A DNA stretch of 64,000 nt from Pseudomonadota bacterium (lineage in GTDB: Bacteria; Desulfobacterota; Desulfobacteria; Desulfobacterales; JBDRRP01). The DNA is taken from contig JBDRRP010000152.1 of assembly GCA_043825735.1 (NCBI GenBank), positions 1 through 64,000 on the forward strand, in the 5' to 3' direction. Under the pieces are notes generated by a model. That model was given only the letters and a program-made list of their open reading frames with translations, made no database searches and was not told where the DNA came from. This document shows, in pieces, positions 58,960 to 64,000 of this stretch (position 1 is the stretch's first letter; each line of letters starts with the position of its first letter). A program made the position numbers and the translations under genes.

Positions 58960-59892
58960 TCAGTCCACCTGAGGCCGGGGATACAGACCTGCCGCTTCCA
59001 CGATTTCCGCCACTTTTTCTTCCCATTCGATGGCCATGATGTGAAAGCCCTTGACCGCCTTGTTTTCCTTGAGTCGCTGGATAGACTCGATACACATCTT
59101 GATGCCTTCGTCCGCCTGTTTTTCCTTGGGCTGATCCGCTAGACGCTTGACCACTTCATCGGGAACGTCCATTCCCGGCACCCGGTTTTTCATATACCGG
59201 GCCATGCCGGCGGATTTCATGGGCGTGAGCCCGGCAAAGATATACACCTTCTCTGTAAGCCCGCGATCCTCTGCCTCCTTGAGCCATTGCTCGAACTTGT
59301 CCAAGTTGTAGATACACTGGCTTTGAACGAACTCCACCCCGGCGGCAATCTTCTTGGCGAGCCGCGGCACACGGATTTCGTACGGATCGGCAAAGGGGTT
59401 GACCGCGGCACCCACAAACATCTGGGGTGGGCGCTTCATTTCATCTCCCCCGAGAAATTTTCCCTCGTCGCGCATCATGCGCACCGTCTGGATGAGCTGC
59501 ATGGAGTCCAGGTCATGGACGTTCTGCCCCTTGGCATGGTCTCCGAAGCTCTGGTGGTCCCCGGACAGGCAGAGTATGTTGTTGATGTCAAAGGAGGCCG
59601 CCCCCAGAATATCGCTCTGAAGCGCTATGCGGTTGCGGTCGCGGGTCACCATCTGCAGCACCGGCTCCAGCCCCATCTGTTTGAGCCGGATGCACGCGGC
59701 CAGAGAGCACATGCGGCAGACCGAGGTCTGGTTGTCGGTGATGTTGACAGCATCCACGTGATCCTTGATCAGCTTGGCCTTCTCCGTGATGGCATCGGGA
59801 TCACTGCCGCGAGGAGGCCCGACCTCAGAGGTAACGGCGAGCTGACCCGAAGCCAGTATCTTTTCCAGTTTGCTCGGTGTCTTCACATTCAT
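58960..59892 (-). CDS. metF: Methylenetetrahydrofolate reductase
   Basis: EVGPPRG, NITDN, RDRNR, LSGD, QSQ; start revised to ATG 59892 overlapping metV stop. Confidence 0.92.
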   Translation of the reverse strand: MNVKTPSKLEKILASGQLAVTSEVGPPRGSDPDAITEKAKLIKDHVDAVNITDNQTSVCRMCSLAACIRLKQMGLEPVLQMVTRDRNRIALQSDILGAASFDINNILCLSGDHQSFGDHAKGQNVHDLDSMQLIQTVRMMRDEGKFLGGDEMKRPPQMFVGAAVNPFADPYEIRVPRLAKKIAAGVEFVQSQCIYNLDKFEQWLKEAEDRGLTEKVYIFAGLTPMKSAGMARYMKNRVPGMDVPDEVVKRLADQPKEKQADEGIKMCIESIQRLKENKAVKGFHIMAIEWEEKVAEIVEAAGLYPRPQVD

Positions 59893-60557
59893 TCTCTTAA
59901 GTCCTCCCTCACCACTTTGCGGGGTCCACCGGCTCTGTCGGTGGACCAGTCCTTGATCGGAGCCAGCGTCTCGTAGTCGTCCATCCGGCCCAGTGCCTTG
60001 AGCCGATCGACGATCAATTGCCACGCGCAGTCGGTCTCCTTGCTGATCTCGCACTTGCCCTTGGTAGAGCCCCCGCAGGGGCCGTTGAACACCCGTTTGG
60101 CGCACCGGGACACGGGGCAGATGCCGCCGGTGGTGGCCAGGATGCAGGCGCCGCAGGCCTGGCAGCGCTCTGTCCACAGCCCCCGCTCCTCGGTGGCCCC
60201 TAAAAAGCAGGTGTTCACCCCGGGGTAGCTCGGCATGGTCGGGTACTTCTCCGCCATGAACTGAACACCGACGCCGCAGGCCAGGCTCAAGATGGCATCA
60301 TAGCTGTCCACCCGATCGCGGATCTCCTCCAGGTACTCGTTGTCGCACTGGCGCTCCAATGTCACTTCGTCGATCTTGATCTCCTTGCCGTTATTGAGGA
60401 AATACATGCGCAGCGCGGATGCCAGCACGCCGACTTCCTTTTTCCCGCCGGCCTCACACACGGTGACGCATTCATTGCACCCCGCGATCAGAACCGACTG
60501 GTGGCCCTTGATCATCTCGATGATTTCCTCGATCGGCTTTTTATCGGCAACAATCAT
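59889..60557 (-). CDS. metV: MetV (MTHFR small Cys-rich subunit)
   Basis: GCNECVTVC, RQC, ACGVGVQ, CQACGAC..CP..C..GPCGG..C..CAW. Confidence 0.88.
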   Translation of the reverse strand: MIVADKKPIEEIIEMIKGHQSVLIAGCNECVTVCEAGGKKEVGVLASALRMYFLNNGKEIKIDEVTLERQCDNEYLEEIRDRVDSYDAILSLACGVGVQFMAEKYPTMPSYPGVNTCFLGATEERGLWTERCQACGACILATTGGICPVSRCAKRVFNGPCGGSTKGKCEISKETDCAWQLIVDRLKALGRMDDYETLAPIKDWSTDRAGGPRKVVREDLRE

Positions 60558-60629
60558 AGAACCCGACCTTTCTGTTAAGTGATAATGTTACCATCGGAGG
60601 CCGCCGGGCGGACCAGCCACCGGCGCCCT

Positions 60630-61058
60630 TCACGCGGCCTTCTTTTTCAGTTTGATGGGATTGGGACCCATTTCGGTGACAGCCGCCGTCATCTCCCTGG
60701 CGAATTTGGCAAACAGCGGCCCCTCGCCGGAGGACAGATTGAACATCCGGGCCCGCTGGCCACCGATCTGCACCGCATCGAGCAGCTTCTGCGCCTGGGC
60801 CACCCGTTTTCGCGCCCTCAGATTGCCGCTGTTGTAATGGCAGTCGCCTTCCAGGCAGCCGACGACCATGACGCCGTCGGCCCCCTTCTCAAAAGCCCGC
60901 ATGATGTGAAGCAGATCGACCTTGCCCGTACAGGGCACCCGGATGATCCGGATGTTGGGTGGGTATGCCAGTCGCATGGAACCTGCCAGGTCCGCGGCGG
61001 TGTACCCTCAGTAATTGCAGGCAAATGCGAGAATGATGGGATCAAAGGATTCGCTCAT
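60630..61058 (-). CDS. mvhD: MvhD/FlpD-family [2Fe-2S] subunit, selenoprotein (Sec17)
   Basis: ATG 61058 coupled to hdrA stop; MSESFDPIILAFACNY-TGA-GYTAADLAG; RVPCTGK, GCLEGDCHY. Confidence 0.9.
60977..61010 (-). promoter_or_regulatory. UGA codon and putative bacterial SECIS hairpin
   Basis: TGA GGGTACACCGCCGC GGACCTGGCAGGTTCC: GGACCU/AGG(U)UCC stem with G-containing loop. Confidence 0.6.
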
Positions 61059-64000
61059 AGCACCCCCTCCAGCAAGGCTTCGACCTTGCTCAGTATCTGG
61101 TCGTCATCATACCAGTTGAGTTCGATGGCTTTGGCCGGACACTCGGCCGCGCACACCCCGCACCCGTGGCACAGTGCCGGATCGATCTCGCTGACGCCTT
61201 CGGCATTGATCCGTGGCACATTATATGGGCAGGAGCGCACGCAGATGAGACACGAGGCGCACTTTTCCTGCGCCACCCTGGCGAACACAGCCGACAGCGT
61301 GAGGTGGTCCTGGGCCAGAAAGGTGGTGGCCCTGGAAGCGGCGGCATAGGCCTGAGAGATAGATTCGCTGATCAGTTTCGGACTGTGGGCGGTGCCGCAG
61401 ACAAAAATCCCCTCGGTGGACATGTCCACGGGGCGCAGCTTCACGTGGGCCTCCATGAAGTAGCCATCTTCATTGTGGGCCACCTTCACGATGGATGCCA
61501 GCTCCTTGGTGTCGGTAGGCACCATCCCCGCGCTGAGGGCGACGAGATCAGCCGAGACCTGGAGTTTTCGGCCCAGCACGTGATCGGTGAACACCACATC
61601 GAGCCCCTCGGCCCCCTGCGTGACCACGGGCGGATCCTCCGGCGTGAACCGGAAGAACAAGACCCCCTGCCGGCGCGCCTCGGTGAAATAGTCTTCCATG
61701 AGCCCGTAGGTGCGGATATCGCGGTAGAGCACATAGACTTCCGCTGCCGGATTGTCTTTCTTGATGTGCAGGGCGTTTTTCACCGCGGCCTGGCAGCAGA
61801 TCCGGGAGCAGTTGGGGTTTTTTTCGTTACGGGAGCCGACGCACTGGATCATCACCACCTGCTCAAGATCATCAGCCCCTTTTTCTTCGAGTCTGCGGGA
61901 AAGCGCCACCTGGGTCATCACCCGATCGTCCTGTCCATAAAGGAATTCCGTGGGTTGGTATTCGGTGGCGCCGGTGGCCAGCACCACGACCCCGTGATCG
62001 ATTTTGCGCTCGTACATACCGGGCCCCACCAGCAGCTCGGTGGTGAAATTCCCCTTGAATCCGGTGAACCCGACGATGAGCGACTGGCGCAGCACCTGAA
62101 TTTTTTCGTGATGGGTGACTTCATGAATCAATGTTTCCAGATACGGCACCACCGCGTCCCCTTCGATGGTGGCGGTGAGCTGGTTGGCCATACCGCCCAG
62201 CTCGGCTTCCTTTTCAACCAGCACGGTCTCATAGCCCTGGTTGGCGAGCCCCAGGGCGGCGTTCATACCGGCCACGCCGCCACCGATCACCAGCGCCCGC
62301 TTGATGACCGGGATTTTTTCCTCATGAAGGGGGTAGAGCGTGGCGACTCTGGCCACCGCCCCCTTGATCAGGTTTTTGGCCTTGCTGGTGGCTGCATCCG
62401 GCTGGCTGGAGTGGGCCCAGGAATCCTGGTTTCGGATATTGGCCATTTCAAAGAGATACTTGTTGAGCCCGCAGCTCTCCAGGGTGTCCATGAAAATGGG
62501 CTCATGGGTCTTGGGGGTGCAGGCCGCCACCACGATGCGGTTGAGATTGTGCTCCTTGATCAGCGCCTTCATCTGGTCCTGGGCATCCTGGGAGCAGGTG
62601 AAAAGGTTCTGCCGGGAAAAGACGACACCGGGAAGCTTTAGGGCGTAATCTTCCACGGACTTGCAGTCCACGGTGCCGGCGATATTGATGCCGCAGTTGC
62701 ACACGAAGACGCCCACCCGCGGTTCCACGCCGGAGACGTTGATCTCCTCGGGTCTTTCCACCTTTTGACTCAGGGTGTTGCGCGCAGCGCTGAGCCGTCC
62801 GCCGGCCAGGCAGGCCGCGGCACTGGCCTCCATGACCGAAAAGGGGATGTCCTTTGGTCCCTGGAAGACGCCGCAGGCGTAAACGCCCGGACGGCTCGTC
62901 TCCACCGGCATGAACGTCTTCGATTCGGCAAAATTGTAGTGGTTGGTTTTGATCTCGAGGCGCTCTGCCAGCGCTTTCACCGATGCCGGTATCTGCAACC
63001 CCACCGAAAGCACCACCATGTCGAAGATCTCCTCCTGCATGGTGCCGGAGGCATCGGCATAGCGGATGGCCAAGTCGTCTGAGCCGTGAATGGGGTCGAT
63101 GGTGTGGACCCTGGCCTTCACGAACCGGACCCCTTCCTTGTCTTTGGCGCGGTTGTAGTAGCGCTCGTAGTCTTTGCCGAAGGAGCGGATGTCCATGTAG
63201 AACACCGCACAGTCCAGGTCGTAATCGGCATGCTCCTTGGCGATCATGGACTCCTTGATGGCATACATGCAGCATACCGAGGAGCAGTAGCCGTTGCCGC
63301 ATTTGTTCTGGTCGCGGCTGCCCACACACTGAAGCCAGGCGATCTTGCGGGGTTCCTTTTTGTCGGAGGGCCGCACCAAATGCCCCATGGTCGGTCCCGA
63401 AGCACTCAGAATCCGCTCAAACTCCAGGCTGGTGACCACGTTCGGGTGGCTGTTGTACTTGTAGATGAGTTCCATGGAACCGGGGTCGAAGGGCTCGCTG
63501 CCCGGGCATAGCACCACCGAGCCCACCGAGAGTTCCTTTTCGCTGGCTTGCTGGGAGTGATCCACCGCATGGGCCAGGCAGGCGTCCACACACTGCAGAC
63601 ACTCGCAGCAGTAGCCGCAGTTCAGACACCGGCCGGCCTCGGCCTTTCCTTCGGTTTCGTTGTAGCCAAGCTCCACTTCATCGAAATTGCCAGTACGCGC
63701 GGCCACGGCCAACTCGGGCATCCGGGCCCTTGCCGCTGTCGGCATGTCTTTAGGAATGGGGCAGTATTCATAATCGTCCTTTTTGATGGCTTCGCGCCCT
63801 TCGGCCATATCCCGGCCGTCCAGGTAGCGTACGATGGATTCAGCCGCCTCCTTTCCAGCGGCAATGGCGCCGATAGCGACCCAGGGGCCGGTCTGAAGAT
63901 CGCCACCGGCGAACACGCCCTCACGGCCCGTGGCAAAGGTGACCGGATTCACTTCGGTGGTCCCCCACCGGGTGAACTCGAGACCGGCCACCTCCTCCAG
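61055..64000 (-). CDS. hdrA: Large heterodisulfide reductase A-like flavoprotein (HdrL-type, GltD-like domain), 5' end off window
   Basis: VFAGGD..RCLNCG, two QCVGSR..CS..CC motifs, GVFVCNCG, GGGVAG, C-terminal 2x[4Fe-4S]. Confidence 0.9.
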   Translation of the reverse strand: MEEVAGLEFTRWGTTEVNPVTFATGREGVFAGGDLQTGPWVAIGAIAAGKEAAESIVRYLDGRDMAEGREAIKKDDYEYCPIPKDMPTAARARMPELAVAARTGNFDEVELGYNETEGKAEAGRCLNCGYCCECLQCVDACLAHAVDHSQQASEKELSVGSVVLCPGSEPFDPGSMELIYKYNSHPNVVTSLEFERILSASGPTMGHLVRPSDKKEPRKIAWLQCVGSRDQNKCGNGYCSSVCCMYAIKESMIAKEHADYDLDCAVFYMDIRSFGKDYERYYNRAKDKEGVRFVKARVHTIDPIHGSDDLAIRYADASGTMQEEIFDMVVLSVGLQIPASVKALAERLEIKTNHYNFAESKTFMPVETSRPGVYACGVFQGPKDIPFSVMEASAAACLAGGRLSAARNTLSQKVERPEEINVSGVEPRVGVFVCNCGINIAGTVDCKSVEDYALKLPGVVFSRQNLFTCSQDAQDQMKALIKEHNLNRIVVAACTPKTHEPIFMDTLESCGLNKYLFEMANIRNQDSWAHSSQPDAATSKAKNLIKGAVARVATLYPLHEEKIPVIKRALVIGGGVAGMNAALGLANQGYETVLVEKEAELGGMANQLTATIEGDAVVPYLETLIHEVTHHEKIQVLRQSLIVGFTGFKGNFTTELLVGPGMYERKIDHGVVVLATGATEYQPTEFLYGQDDRVMTQVALSRRLEEKGADDLEQVVMIQCVGSRNEKNPNCSRICCQAAVKNALHIKKDNPAAEVYVLYRDIRTYGLMEDYFTEARRQGVLFFRFTPEDPPVVTQGAEGLDVVFTDHVLGRKLQVSADLVALSAGMVPTDTKELASIVKVAHNEDGYFMEAHVKLRPVDMSTEGIFVCGTAHSPKLISESISQAYAAASRATTFLAQDHLTLSAVFARVAQEKCASCLICVRSCPYNVPRINAEGVSEIDPALCHGCGVCAAECPAKAIELNWYDDDQILSKVEALLEGVL

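Noticed and set aside
58883..60177. N-terminal extensions of the response regulator (to 59095) and metF (to 60177)
   Set aside because: They overlap upstream genes; better starts with SD or stop-start coupling exist
30656..63936. Many long overlapping ORFs (e.g. 32954-33886, 51333-52463, 56195-57112, 61166-62641)
   Set aside because: Antisense or alternate-frame shadows of GC-rich genes with no recognisable motifs
1..64000. tRNA/rRNA genes
   Set aside because: None recognised by eye; a covariance-model scan was not possible

Overview
Bacterial chromosomal window; gene content suggests an anaerobic deltaproteobacterium (Desulfobacterales-like, inferred). 1-26850 (minus strand): a degenerate HD-GYP gene, then a ~25 kb ABC-transporter-type surface polysaccharide locus (gmd, wzm, wzt, GT11, many GT2/GT4, methyltransferases, asnB-like, WbqC, PIG-L, WecA-like) with a visibly AT-rich core, an IS3 relic and an amber-interrupted gene. 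27221-30303: an MNT/HEPN toxin-antitoxin array (3 intact MNTs, 1 MNT relic, 1 intact HEPN, 2 HEPN relics) plus a lone TAXI receptor. 30629-43955: two MFP+RND pairs, cooC, a Ski2-like helicase and an HD protein. 44727-53632: a FadR-box-regulated fatty-acid degradation cluster. 53974-64000: two kinases, a divergent AroE, a response regulator, metF-metV, a selenocysteine mvhD and a partial large hdrA. The most unusual signal is a four-helix-bundle (23S-IVP/Avd-like) gene inserted between wzm and wzt whose flanking spacers are complementary 7-nt tandem arrays. Intergenic DNA also holds several nested miniature repeat families. All family calls come from motif recognition by eye; no database search was run.
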